Below are positions 29,242 to 38,669 of a stretch of DNA of 64,000 nt, in pieces. The notes under the pieces were generated by a model, which searched no databases, had not been told where the DNA came from, and was given only the letters and a program-made list of their open reading frames with translations. Origin of the DNA: an uncultured virus (IMG/VR IMGVR_UViG_3300030099_001885) (lineage: Duplodnaviria > Heunggongvirae > Uroviricota > Caudoviricetes). Position 1 is the stretch's first letter. Every line of letters begins with the position of its first letter. The translations under genes were made by a program, and so were the position numbers. The stretch is from positions 1 through 64,000 of the IMG/VR virus record IMGVR_UViG_3300030099_001885; one strand, 5' to 3'.

Positions 29242-31680
29242 ATGCTTTGGGATAAACTGTCTTATGAAGAACAGCAAAGAAGAATTGATGTTGAATCTAC
29301 TATGGAAGAGGAGACATTGTTATCCTCTATCCAAAAGTATTGGGATGATTACGACAGGGCTCCTGATGAAGGTATCCCTGAACAAAAACTGTTAGATGAT
29401 TTTATTGAGGATCTAGCACCGCAGTATCAAGAATGGATTGATAAGGTATCTAATAGTCCTAAGTGTCCGCAGTGGGTCTACCCATTGTTTGCTCTTGGTG
29501 CTCACAAGATGGCTGATCTAACACTTAGATCTGTCATGCGACTGTGGTTAAATAGTAGTGCATTCAAAGAAGATAATGATGGTATTATCCATCCACCACT
29601 AGCACAGCATGTGGTTAGAATGATTGCAAAGGATGCTGTCAATATTATTTCTTATCAGTTTGCTAAAGATGAATTCAAACAGGACTGGCAACGACAGTCA
29701 AAGTTTATTAAAAACTGGTCAGAGAAAAGATGTATTGCTTTTGCTACCAAGATGGCAAAGATACCAGAGATGACTTTAAAACAGAAGGATGACTTTGGTC
29801 ATCACATGTTGCGTATTGCAGAAGCATCAGGTGCTATTCAAACTACAAAGAGAAGCAAACGTAGAGGCAGGGGCTGGACTCATGCACTACATGTAGAGTT
29901 TAGTCCTTCTCTCCTAGCATATCTAAATGAAAGACATAAGTTGATGGAGACATCTATGCTTGTGTATCGCCCTATGATTATACCACCTGTAGATCATCAG
30001 ATAGATAACTCGGGTGGATACTTACATCACTGGATTAGAAAAGAAGTTGTACACAGATATGTATCTGAGTATGCAGAAGACAAAGCTATTCACCAGAAAC
30101 ATTCAGAGCCATCACAGTTTGTACTTGATGGTGTTAATGCTATGATGCAGACTGAGTGGGCTGTAAACTCTAGAGTCTTAGATGTAATGGAGAACATGTT
30201 CAAATCAAATAACAGGCAGGCTAATCTACCAGCCTATGACTTTGATGAGTTTAAGTTCTCCGATCCATATCCTGAAGATGCACCTAAAGATATACAAGCT
30301 AAGTGGTGTCAACGTAGAGAAGAGATGTATAGTGATTGGTTTAAACAAGAGCAGGCTAGAGCTAGAATGTTAGTTCGCCTATCTCTTGCTAAGAAGATGC
30401 AGAAGTATCAGTTCTTTTACATGCCTATTACGCTTGACTTCCGGGGGCGAGCGTATACTACATGCGAGCTGCTGTCTCATCAGAGTTCTGATTTTGACAA
30501 AGCATTGATTCATTTTGCTGAGCCTGTTAAACAAACAGAGCGTGGTTTATATTGGGTTAAAGTGCATGTGGCTAATCTGTTTGATCAAGATAAACTATCA
30601 TTTAATGATCGTGTTAAATGGGTAGATGATAACATGGATATGCTGCAACGTATTAATACAGATCCATACGAAAACAAAGAATGGATTTCAGATAAAAAGA
30701 AAAAGAACCCATCATTCCAAAGACTTGCTGCTGTGTTTGAGTTGTGTCGTACAGATGGATTGACGCAGCTTGCACCGCAGATGGACGGGGCTTGTAATGG
30801 GTCGCAGCATTGGGCTGCTATTATGGGGGATGAGGTTATTGGTACGCTTACTAATGTACTACCTGAAGATAAACCTCAAGACTTGTACCAGTTTATTGCA
30901 GACAAGGCTACAGAGTATTGTAAACTAAATACAAAAGATATACCATGGTGTGAAGACTTCCTAGAATACTGGCCTGACGGTATTGATCGTGCTGTAACTA
31001 AACGACCTACCATGTGTGATGCATATGGACTTACGTTTTATGGTATTCAAAAGTATATTAAGATTGAAGGTCATGTTGACTGGGTGCCAAAAGATAAACA
31101 GGGTGGGGCTATTGTAGAGCTGGCTCGTGCTATCCAAGCAGGGCTAGGCGAAGCATTGCAAGAACCTAATCGTGGTAAAGAATGGCTCAAAGAATGTGCT
31201 GAGATTTGTGGCAATGCTGAGATGCATCTGGAATACACTGTGCCTAGTGGATTTAAAGTGGTGCATGCATATTATCAAATCAAAAAACGTCGTTCACTAG
31301 CGTCACTCTTTAACCACAAAGAACTTATATTCTGGAATGTCTCTAAAGATGTGCATAAAGATAAGGCAATGTTAGGTATTCCGCCTAACTATATACATTC
31401 ACTAGATGCTAGTCATATGTTCTGCACTATTAAACAAATGATTAATGCAGGTATTGAAAGATTTAGTATGATACATGATTCATATGGTTGTCCTGCACCG
31501 TATGTGGATATGATGAATCAATTTATTAGAGATGAGTTTTTAAAAATGCACAAGGAGAATCAACTTGAAGTATTCAAACGATGCGTCGAAGCAACCACGG
31601 GTGTCACACTCCCTGATGTCCCAGAACGAAGAGACATGGATCTCACAGGAGTCTTGGACTCCAAGTACTTCTTTTCCTGA
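29242..31680 (+). CDS. T7-like DNA-directed RNA polymerase (gp1-like, 812 aa)
   Basis: PMIIPP, DFRGRAY, DGACNGSQH, QDLY, RAVTKRPTMCDAYG, PNYIHSLDASH, IHDSY and a C-terminal YFFS. Confidence 0.97.
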   Translation: MLWDKLSYEEQQRRIDVESTMEEETLLSSIQKYWDDYDRAPDEGIPEQKLLDDFIEDLAPQYQEWIDKVSNSPKCPQWVYPLFALGAHKMADLTLRSVMRLWLNSSAFKEDNDGIIHPPLAQHVVRMIAKDAVNIISYQFAKDEFKQDWQRQSKFIKNWSEKRCIAFATKMAKIPEMTLKQKDDFGHHMLRIAEASGAIQTTKRSKRRGRGWTHALHVEFSPSLLAYLNERHKLMETSMLVYRPMIIPPVDHQIDNSGGYLHHWIRKEVVHRYVSEYAEDKAIHQKHSEPSQFVLDGVNAMMQTEWAVNSRVLDVMENMFKSNNRQANLPAYDFDEFKFSDPYPEDAPKDIQAKWCQRREEMYSDWFKQEQARARMLVRLSLAKKMQKYQFFYMPITLDFRGRAYTTCELLSHQSSDFDKALIHFAEPVKQTERGLYWVKVHVANLFDQDKLSFNDRVKWVDDNMDMLQRINTDPYENKEWISDKKKKNPSFQRLAAVFELCRTDGLTQLAPQMDGACNGSQHWAAIMGDEVIGTLTNVLPEDKPQDLYQFIADKATEYCKLNTKDIPWCEDFLEYWPDGIDRAVTKRPTMCDAYGLTFYGIQKYIKIEGHVDWVPKDKQGGAIVELARAIQAGLGEALQEPNRGKEWLKECAEICGNAEMHLEYTVPSGFKVVHAYYQIKKRRSLASLFNHKELIFWNVSKDVHKDKAMLGIPPNYIHSLDASHMFCTIKQMINAGIERFSMIHDSYGCPAPYVDMMNQFIRDEFLKMHKENQLEVFKRCVEATTGVTLPDVPERRDMDLTGVLDSKYFFS

Positions 31681-31954
31681 ACGTGTGGAGATATGGTGGC
31701 ATGATGCGGAAACTTGTGGCGGTCCCGGTTGGGTTGATAGGAATGATGCTGATGATTATATATTTAGTAATCTTCCTATTATTAAATCTGTTGGCTTTCT
31801 TTGTGCTATTACCGATACTCATTATTCTATTACCGATAATGTGGGTCACGACCAAATTGGCGGGGTCACAAAGATACCTATAGGTATGATACAAAATGTT
31901 TACTATTTAGAAAGGACTAATAATGACACATCTAGTAATCAATTCAGAGGGTGA
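31616..31954 (+). CDS. Conserved hypothetical phage protein
   Basis: VEIWWHDA...GW...SVGFL...IPIG pattern; start uncertain. Confidence 0.55.
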   Translation: MSQNEETWISQESWTPSTSFPERVEIWWHDAETCGGPGWVDRNDADDYIFSNLPIIKSVGFLCAITDTHYSITDNVGHDQIGGVTKIPIGMIQNVYYLERTNNDTSSNQFRG

Positions 31955-32180
31955 TATGGAGAAAGGTATTACAGAAGCTGTTACTCTAGCAAAGATTGAT
32001 GGCTCTAATCTAACAATAGAATTACCTTCAGAAAATTTTGCAAAATTATTTATGGAAAATATGTTCGTTGCCTTTGTTGAGGCAGGTGTAAAGAAAGAAA
32101 CCGATATGCAGTTGAACGTAATGTTCCCTGTAGAGGAGGATAATGATGAAGAAGAAAGCGATGGAGCAGGCAAAGAGTAA
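31923..32180 (+). CDS. Hypothetical protein
   Basis: AAGGA RBS; acidic tail. Confidence 0.6.
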   Translation: MTHLVINSEGDMEKGITEAVTLAKIDGSNLTIELPSENFAKLFMENMFVAFVEAGVKKETDMQLNVMFPVEEDNDEEESDGAGKE

Positions 32181-32481
32181 GCCTGCCGCTAAGTTCTTTC
32201 ACAAAGGAGAATGGTTTGACGTTCTCGAAGTGAAAGAGTATAATTACGATGAGCTTAATGCTCTGCAGCGGTTGCATATTGATGGTCTTGTTGACCTGTA
32301 TGCACCGCGTCGTGCTGAAGCTTGTAAGTACAAGCATAATGCTGATGAGAAAGGTCAGTTCATTTCAGCTGAGTATATCGAGGGCTCAGAAAGAATGGTA
32401 GATCTTCCCTCCCATGTTGATCAATGGAAGGATGACTACAAACGGAGATTTAGAAATGGCAAGAGTACTCGTAATAGGTGA
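32143..32481 (+). CDS. Hypothetical protein
   Basis: GGAGG RBS; overlaps its neighbours. Confidence 0.6.
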   Translation: MMKKKAMEQAKSKPAAKFFHKGEWFDVLEVKEYNYDELNALQRLHIDGLVDLYAPRRAEACKYKHNADEKGQFISAEYIEGSERMVDLPSHVDQWKDDYKRRFRNGKSTRNR

Positions 32482-33136
32482 TACCCACTGTCCAGCCATG
32501 GACCTTGGGTATCCAAACTTCCTAGAAGAAATGGCTGATCAGTGGGAGATTGATACCGTAGTTCATATCGGTGATGTCGTAGACTGGGCTAGCATTTCCT
32601 ACCACGAGAAGATGCCCGGCTTTGATAGCCCAGCCTTGGAATACCAGAAAGCTCTGGATCAAGTGCAAATGTTGTATAAGTTATTTCCTAAGGCTACTGT
32701 CATGACGGGTAATCATGATGACCTACCCCGGAGACAAATGACTACTGTTGGCTTGCCTGAAGAGTGCTTAGTTGACTACAACTATCTGTGGAAAACTCCG
32801 GGCTGGGATTGGAGGCCAAGATATGCTACTCACAATTTGGATGGTGTGTTATATCGGCATGGCGATAGCGGTCGTGGTGGCAAGTATGCGGCACTAAATA
32901 ATGCTATGGATAACTTTAACTCTTATGTGCAAGGGCATACTCACTCACTAGCTGGTGTTAATTACTATCGTAATGAAGGTGGTAGAGTCTTTGGTATGAA
33001 CGTAGGCTGTGGTGTAGACCACGATCAATTAGCTATGTACTATGCACGGAGATACAATGCCAAACCTATCTTAGGCTGTGGTATTGTATTGGATGGCAAG
33101 TATGCATACTGGGAACCATACAATGGCATTGCGTGA
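32456..33136 (+). CDS. Calcineurin-like metallophosphoesterase
   Basis: GDTH, GDVVD, GNHD, HGD and GHTH motifs. Confidence 0.9.
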   Translation: MARVLVIGDTHCPAMDLGYPNFLEEMADQWEIDTVVHIGDVVDWASISYHEKMPGFDSPALEYQKALDQVQMLYKLFPKATVMTGNHDDLPRRQMTTVGLPEECLVDYNYLWKTPGWDWRPRYATHNLDGVLYRHGDSGRGGKYAALNNAMDNFNSYVQGHTHSLAGVNYYRNEGGRVFGMNVGCGVDHDQLAMYYARRYNAKPILGCGIVLDGKYAYWEPYNGIA

Positions 33137-33386
33137 TGACTTAAGAGAAAAATGGTTTAAGAATAATAGTCGTAGTTATAAAGACCGCGATGTAAAATTT
33201 GGTAGAAAAAATAAAAACAAGTGGTATCCTACTAACATGAATGAACAAGGCAAGGGATCAGCACCACGAAATAAAAATATTTCTTATGCTGAAGAAGACT
33301 TGCGTTGGAAGCTCGCTTTTGGTAAAATATCCGAACAAGAATTCAATGAAGCCATGGAGAAATTAAATGGCAAAGAATCAAATTGA
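33123..33386 (+). CDS. Hypothetical protein
   Basis: MALRDD... lies within ORF 33078..33386; contains a GKGSAPR motif. Confidence 0.55.
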   Translation: MALRDDLREKWFKNNSRSYKDRDVKFGRKNKNKWYPTNMNEQGKGSAPRNKNISYAEEDLRWKLAFGKISEQEFNEAMEKLNGKESN

Positions 33387-33489
33387 TAGTAGTATTGTTG
33401 CCCGTATGAAGAAGGCGGGAAGAACTCGTCGGCAACATAAGAACAAGTATGGTCAGCGTAAGGCTGGCAGAAAGAATTGAGGTAATCAT

Positions 33490-34005
33490 ATGAATGATCC
33501 TACTAAAGTGTTTAACACTCACACCCTAGATGTGAAATGGTCACATCTGCATCGTCCTGATGATAAGTTTGGTGCTCCCGGCAACCATAACGTAAGCGTC
33601 GTTGTTGACGATCAGCTTCAGACGCAGCTCAGTGAGATCCAAACTGCCCTTGGTGGTAAGAAGATCAATGGTATGTATGAACAAGAAGATGCTCAGATCC
33701 TTAAGGTCAAGTCTACCTTGTTTACTAACCCACCAGAGAATGGCGGAGAGAAGAAAGATATCTACCCATGTGTAGATGCTAACACCAAGCCTACCAAGGC
33801 TGTGCCTATGGGCGGTGACAAGGTTCGGCTTCGTCTTAAGCCTATGCTTCTCAAGCGTGATGGCTCTGTATCATTCTTCTTAAATGGTGTCCAGATCATT
33901 GAGAAGGGTGAACAACAGCAGAGCAGCGGCTTTGATAAGACTGAAGGATTCGATGGCTCTGAAGCCATGGCTCCTGAGGTTGAGACTCAAGACACCCCGT
34001 TCTAA
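33490..34005 (+). CDS. Single-stranded DNA-binding protein (T7 gp2.5-like)
   Basis: HLHRPDDKF, GGDKVRL and LNGVQII, with an acidic tail ending in Phe; located before the resolvase and primase. Confidence 0.8.
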   Translation: MNDPTKVFNTHTLDVKWSHLHRPDDKFGAPGNHNVSVVVDDQLQTQLSEIQTALGGKKINGMYEQEDAQILKVKSTLFTNPPENGGEKKDIYPCVDANTKPTKAVPMGGDKVRLRLKPMLLKRDGSVSFFLNGVQIIEKGEQQQSSGFDKTEGFDGSEAMAPEVETQDTPF

Positions 34006-34385
34006 TGGAGTGGTCCTTTCCCATTAGTCCTGTTGCGGCTAGTAGACCTCGTGTGTCAAAGCACGGGGCCTACTTTGCCGGACCCTATAAAAACTTTCGA
34101 CGCGAAGCAGCGGAGATTGTAGACGATGTATTGGGAGAATGGGAACCGCTGTCTGGTCCATTGACTGTAGATCTTGAACTGTTTATTGGCAGACCAAAGA
34201 CTACTAAATTAGATGCACCAAAGGCGGACATTGATAATTTTGTAAAGGCTATCTTTGATGTCATGAATGGTAGACTATGGGATGATGACTCACAAGTAAT
34301 TAAACTATACGCTACAAAGCAGTGGGCTGAAGATGCAAATGGATATTTTGTTTTGGGAATTAACAAGGAGAAACCCAATGAGTGA
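34005..34385 (+). CDS. rusA: RusA-family Holliday junction resolvase
   Basis: PVAASRPR, DIDNFVKAIFD and DDSQV. Confidence 0.88.
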   Translation: MEWSFPISPVAASRPRVSKHGAYFAGPYKNFRREAAEIVDDVLGEWEPLSGPLTVDLELFIGRPKTTKLDAPKADIDNFVKAIFDVMNGRLWDDDSQVIKLYATKQWAEDANGYFVLGINKEKPNE

Positions 34386-34623
34386 TTGTAATGAAACTAA
34401 ATGCAGTGTTGAAGACTGCGTGACTCAAGCTGCCGCTTACCTGTGTCAGTTTGATACTGTTGATAATGATCTTTATATTAACAAGATTGCTAATGGTTAT
34501 CTTGTAAAGATTGATGGACAAGATCACAATGGTAATTGGATTGGTCGGCAGTTTGCTATGCCAAATATTTCATGTGTTGAACAAACCTTTGTCGCATGGG
34601 CAGAGCACAAGCGGGACAACTAA
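34378..34623 (+). CDS. Hypothetical protein
   Basis: AAGGAG RBS before ATG 34378. Confidence 0.6.
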   Translation: MSDCNETKCSVEDCVTQAAAYLCQFDTVDNDLYINKIANGYLVKIDGQDHNGNWIGRQFAMPNISCVEQTFVAWAEHKRDN

Positions 34624-34628
34624 CCGCA

Positions 34629-34701
34629 GGCTCCATAGCCCAATGGCAGAGGCAGTGGACTTAAAATCCATCCAGTCCGGGTTCGAGTCCCGGTGGAGCT
34701 A
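34629..34701 (+). tRNA. tRNA-Leu (TAA), short variable loop
   Basis: Acceptor GGCTCCA/TGGAGCT, anticodon arm GTGGA-CTTAAAA-TCCAT, T arm CCGGG-TTCGAGT-CCCGG; no encoded CCA. Confidence 0.9.
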
Positions 34702-34704
34702 TTG

Positions 34705-34778
34705 GCTTTCGTAGCTCAATTGGATAGAGCAACTGCCTTCTAAGCAGTAGGTTGCAAGTTCGAGTCTTGCCGAGAGCG
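34705..34778 (+). tRNA. tRNA-Arg (TCT)
   Basis: Acceptor GCTTTCG/CGAGAGC, anticodon arm ACTGC-CTTCTAA-GCAGT, T arm GCAAG-TTCGAGT-CTTGC. Confidence 0.93.
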
Positions 34779-34780
34779 TT

Positions 34781-34817
34781 ATGTGTCACCCAGTCGGTAG
34801 GGTGGCACATTTATTTT
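34781..34817 (+). terminator. Hairpin after the tRNA pair
   Basis: ATGTGTCACCC / GGGTGGCACAT followed by TTATTTT. Confidence 0.55.
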
Positions 34818-34829
34818 AGGAGATAACGT

Positions 34830-35273
34830 ATGTTATTAGAATTATTGTTAGCTGGTCTTGCAGGACCAGACTATACTGAGCAAACCTATGTAGGTGATGC
34901 TGGTGAAGATTTTCAGTGGACAGGTAGCTTTGTTGCTTCATACTTCTTAGATGAAGAAGCAAACTCAGAGCTGTTTGTTTATACATTCTCAAATGATGCA
35001 ACATCTGATATTGCTATCTTCGATCTTGTTATTGATGATACTGTCACTTGGAATGTAGAAGTTAGTCCCGGTGAAACCGTTAGCTACAGCTACACTACTG
35101 ATGAAGCGTATGGCTATGAGTTTCAACAAGCTGTTCTCTTTAATGCAGAAGAAGGATCTTATGACTTCTTCACTACCATTGGTACTCAGTTTGACGGAAA
35201 CTTAATTCCTGCCCCCGGTGCTCTGGCTATGCTTGGGCTCGCTGGCCTTGGTAGGAGAAATAGAAAGGAATAA
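34830..35273 (+). CDS. PEP-CTERM (exosortase-sorted) surface protein
   Basis: Hydrophobic N-terminus, an acidic beta-rich core and C-terminal IPAPGALAMLGLAGLGRRNRKE. Confidence 0.85.
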   Translation: MLLELLLAGLAGPDYTEQTYVGDAGEDFQWTGSFVASYFLDEEANSELFVYTFSNDATSDIAIFDLVIDDTVTWNVEVSPGETVSYSYTTDEAYGYEFQQAVLFNAEEGSYDFFTTIGTQFDGNLIPAPGALAMLGLAGLGRRNRKE

Positions 35274-35275
35274 GT

Positions 35276-36961
35276 ATGAGTGTTTGTACTCATCACGAGC
35301 CCTGTCCCCAGTGTAGGGGGCAGGGTCGTGATACAAAAGGAGACAACCTTGCGATCTATGATGATGGTCACAAGTATTGTTTCGCATGTGGATATTGGGA
35401 AGGAGATAAACCTATGCATGATATAAAACCAGAACCTGTTTATGATGAAGATTGGAAACCTTACAGGGGTGCTTGCCAAGTTCTCTCTCATCGTGGCATC
35501 AAAGAAGATGTTACTAAGAAGTTTGACTATCAATCTGCAAACATGAACGGTAAAGATGTAGAGATTGCTAACTACTACAGAGATGGAGAGCTGATTGCTC
35601 AGAAGTTGCGTGGTCCTGATAAGCAATTTAAATGGGTAGGCAAAGCACATAACCTTCCGTTGTATGGACAATGGCTGTGGCCATCCAAGGGTGGCAAGAA
35701 ACTTGTCATTACCGAGGGTGAAGTCGATGCGATGACTGTCTGCCAAATCAATGGCGGCTGGCCTGTAGTCTCATTACCAACGGGAGCACAAGGTGCTTTG
35801 AAATCTATCAAAGATAACTTGGAGTTTGTTAACTCGTATGATGAAGTTATTCTTATGTTTGATGAGGATGAAGCTGGTCGAGAGGCAGCAAAGAGAGTAG
35901 CTGAGACACTGCCTCCGGGTAAGTGCAAGATTGCTAACCTGCCATTCAACGACCCAAACGATTGCCTGCTTGCAGGTAAGAGTAAAGAAGTTATGACTGC
36001 TATGTGGAATGCACAGCACTATAGCCCAGATGAAATCTTGCACATCTCTAATATTAATCTTAATGAAGATACAGAACAGAGTGTGTTCTCTTATCCTTGG
36101 GGTAACATGAACAAGTTCTTGATTGGTCAAAGATCAGGAGAGATTACTCTTTGGACATCGGGTACTGGCTCAGGTAAGTCTACTATCATTCGTGAAATCA
36201 TTTGGGATCATCTCAAGCGAGGACGCAAGTGCGGTGCTATCATGCTAGAAGAATCACCCAAAGAAACTATAGAAGATATTATCTCTTTGATTATCAACAA
36301 GCCTGTTCGATCTATCCGTGCAGAACGATTGATGCATAAGCTGATGGAAGAAGAGGGTCAGAATGTTCTGTCAACAAATGAGATTGACACATTCAATGAT
36401 GCAGAGTATCATGATGCCTTGGGTAAACTAAGCAAGACTGGATTCTATATCTATGATCACCTTGGTAACAATGGTGTAGAGAATCTTGTGCAACGCCTAG
36501 AGTTCATGGCTGTGTCTCTTGGCATTGAGGTTATTGTTCTTGACCACATTACTGCTGCCGCTACTGGTATGCTTGGGTCTATGAATGACAACGAACGACT
36601 GTTGATTGACAGTCTTATGAAAGAGTTGCGATCACTTGTATCACGCACTGGCGTACACATTCACATCGTATCTCAGCTTGTCAAGAATGGCAAGGCATTT
36701 GAAGAAGGCGAACGTATTACCATGCAGGATCTTAGAGGCTCAGGCTCTCTTGCTTCTGTACCCAATACTGTTATCGCATTGGAGCGTAACCGACAAGACC
36801 CAGACGAGGTGGTTAAGAATACAACTACAGTTCGTGTTCTGAAGAACCGCCTAACTGGTAAGTGTGGTATAGCTTCAGCTCTCTACTACAATCACAACTG
36901 CGGTAGACTGGAGGAAGTCGAGTATCAGGAATCTGATGCAGGCAATGTAACGTTTAACTAA
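35276..36961 (+). CDS. Primase-helicase (T7 gp4-like)
   Basis: Zn finger CPQC...CFAC, TOPRIM TEGEVDA and FDED, Walker A SGTGSGKS, LDHI and DLRGSG. Confidence 0.97.
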   Translation: MSVCTHHEPCPQCRGQGRDTKGDNLAIYDDGHKYCFACGYWEGDKPMHDIKPEPVYDEDWKPYRGACQVLSHRGIKEDVTKKFDYQSANMNGKDVEIANYYRDGELIAQKLRGPDKQFKWVGKAHNLPLYGQWLWPSKGGKKLVITEGEVDAMTVCQINGGWPVVSLPTGAQGALKSIKDNLEFVNSYDEVILMFDEDEAGREAAKRVAETLPPGKCKIANLPFNDPNDCLLAGKSKEVMTAMWNAQHYSPDEILHISNINLNEDTEQSVFSYPWGNMNKFLIGQRSGEITLWTSGTGSGKSTIIREIIWDHLKRGRKCGAIMLEESPKETIEDIISLIINKPVRSIRAERLMHKLMEEEGQNVLSTNEIDTFNDAEYHDALGKLSKTGFYIYDHLGNNGVENLVQRLEFMAVSLGIEVIVLDHITAAATGMLGSMNDNERLLIDSLMKELRSLVSRTGVHIHIVSQLVKNGKAFEEGERITMQDLRGSGSLASVPNTVIALERNRQDPDEVVKNTTTVRVLKNRLTGKCGIASALYYNHNCGRLEEVEYQESDAGNVTFN

Positions 36962-36977
36962 TAGGAGGAAGAGTCTC

Positions 36978-38669
36978 ATGAACCGACTCGTACTAGACAT
37001 TGAAGCCAACGGCTTAAACGAAATTAATTTAAATACAAAAGGCGATGTAATACCTGAGGTAACTCAGGTTCATTGCCTTGTTATCAAGGACGTAGATACA
37101 AATGAAATTAAAACTTATACTGGTATGGATATTAGATCTGGTGTTGATGTGTTGCGCAATGCCGACTGTCTTATTGGCCATAACATTACGATATATGACA
37201 TTCCTGTGCTCGAAAGGTTCTACGGTCCTATTCACACTGAGCAACAAGATACTCTCGTTATCTCCCGAATGATGTACCCTGAGCGTAGTGATCATCCTCT
37301 GGGTGGTAACTCGCTTCAGTGTTGGGGGCAACATCTTGGCTGTCATAAACAAGACTATCAAGGTGGCTGGGAAGAATACTCAGATGAAATGCTAGAGTAT
37401 TGTATTCAAGACGTAGAAGTTTCCCATAAAATTTGGGCAGCACAACAGGAGTTTATTAATGCAAATTCCAAATCTGTTTGGCTTGAGCAGCAAGTTACAA
37501 GAATTATTGCTAATCAAATTGCTAACGGCTTTTGCTTTGACATTGATGCTGCATACGATTTGGAAGAAGAGTTGCAGTACAATAAGATTTCTATTGAAGA
37601 TGAAATGAGACAATCATTTCCACCTATTACTGAAGAACGTTGGTCCGAGAAAACAGGACGGCGACTTAAAGATAAGGTAACAGTCTTCAACCCGGGTTCC
37701 CGCAAACAGATTGCGGAGCGGCTTAGTGCCAAGTATGGTTGGGTTCCCCCATTGACCGACAAGGGTAATCCAAAGGTTGACGAAGCTGTGCTTAGAGAAC
37801 TCAAGTATCCAGAAGCTCAGGTACTTATCAAGTACTTTGATACTATCAAGCTACAGGGTCAAGTATCTGACTGGATTAAACGGGCTTACCATAGCCGTGA
37901 TGGTAAGATTCACGGCATGGTAAACCCACAGGGTACGGTGACTGGTCGTATGACTGCATCGCAACCAAACCTGCAACAGGTATCAGGAGACAAAAGAGCA
38001 CGAGCATTATTCAAACCTTCCGCTGGTAATGTACAAGTCGGTATTGATGCTAGTGGTCTTGAAGCACGCATGCTTGCATCCCGTATGGCTAAGTATGATA
38101 AGGGAGCGTATGCGAAGATTATCTTAGAGGGAGACATTCACTCTGAGAATCAACATGCTGCTGGATTACCAACAAGAAACGATGCTAAGACTTTCTTCTA
38201 TGGTTTCTTGTATGGTGCTGGCAATGTAAAGATTGGCAAGATTATTGGCAAGAATGCTAATGCTGGTGCTGCTCTTAAGAAAAAGTTCTTGACTCGTCTG
38301 CCAGCTTTAAAGAAAGTTATTGATGATGTCAAGGCACATGTAGATCGTACTGGTAAAGTTAAACTGCTTGACGGCAGGCTTGTACCGTGTAGGTCACAAC
38401 ACGCTGCACTTAATGTGCAACTGCAAGGTGATGGTGCTATTGTTATGAAGGTAGCACAAGTTCTTCTTGAACGTAAGATCAAGGACATGCCTGTTAAGTT
38501 TATGGCTACAGTGCATGATGAGTGGCAGCTTGAATGTCCAGAAGATATTGCAGAAGAAGTAGGAAAGCTTGGTGTACAGGCTCTACTAGAGGCAGGTGAA
38601 AAATTAGATTGTAAGATGCCCATTGATGGTGAGTATCAAATCGGAAAGGACTGGTCAGAATGTCACTGA
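36978..38669 (+). CDS. Family A DNA polymerase (T7 gp5-like, compact)
   Basis: Exo DIEANG, GHN..YD and YCIQDV; polymerase TGR, PNLQQ, DASGLEAR, RNDAKTFFYGFLYG and VHDE. Confidence 0.97.
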   Translation: MNRLVLDIEANGLNEINLNTKGDVIPEVTQVHCLVIKDVDTNEIKTYTGMDIRSGVDVLRNADCLIGHNITIYDIPVLERFYGPIHTEQQDTLVISRMMYPERSDHPLGGNSLQCWGQHLGCHKQDYQGGWEEYSDEMLEYCIQDVEVSHKIWAAQQEFINANSKSVWLEQQVTRIIANQIANGFCFDIDAAYDLEEELQYNKISIEDEMRQSFPPITEERWSEKTGRRLKDKVTVFNPGSRKQIAERLSAKYGWVPPLTDKGNPKVDEAVLRELKYPEAQVLIKYFDTIKLQGQVSDWIKRAYHSRDGKIHGMVNPQGTVTGRMTASQPNLQQVSGDKRARALFKPSAGNVQVGIDASGLEARMLASRMAKYDKGAYAKIILEGDIHSENQHAAGLPTRNDAKTFFYGFLYGAGNVKIGKIIGKNANAGAALKKKFLTRLPALKKVIDDVKAHVDRTGKVKLLDGRLVPCRSQHAALNVQLQGDGAIVMKVAQVLLERKIKDMPVKFMATVHDEWQLECPEDIAEEVGKLGVQALLEAGEKLDCKMPIDGEYQIGKDWSECH

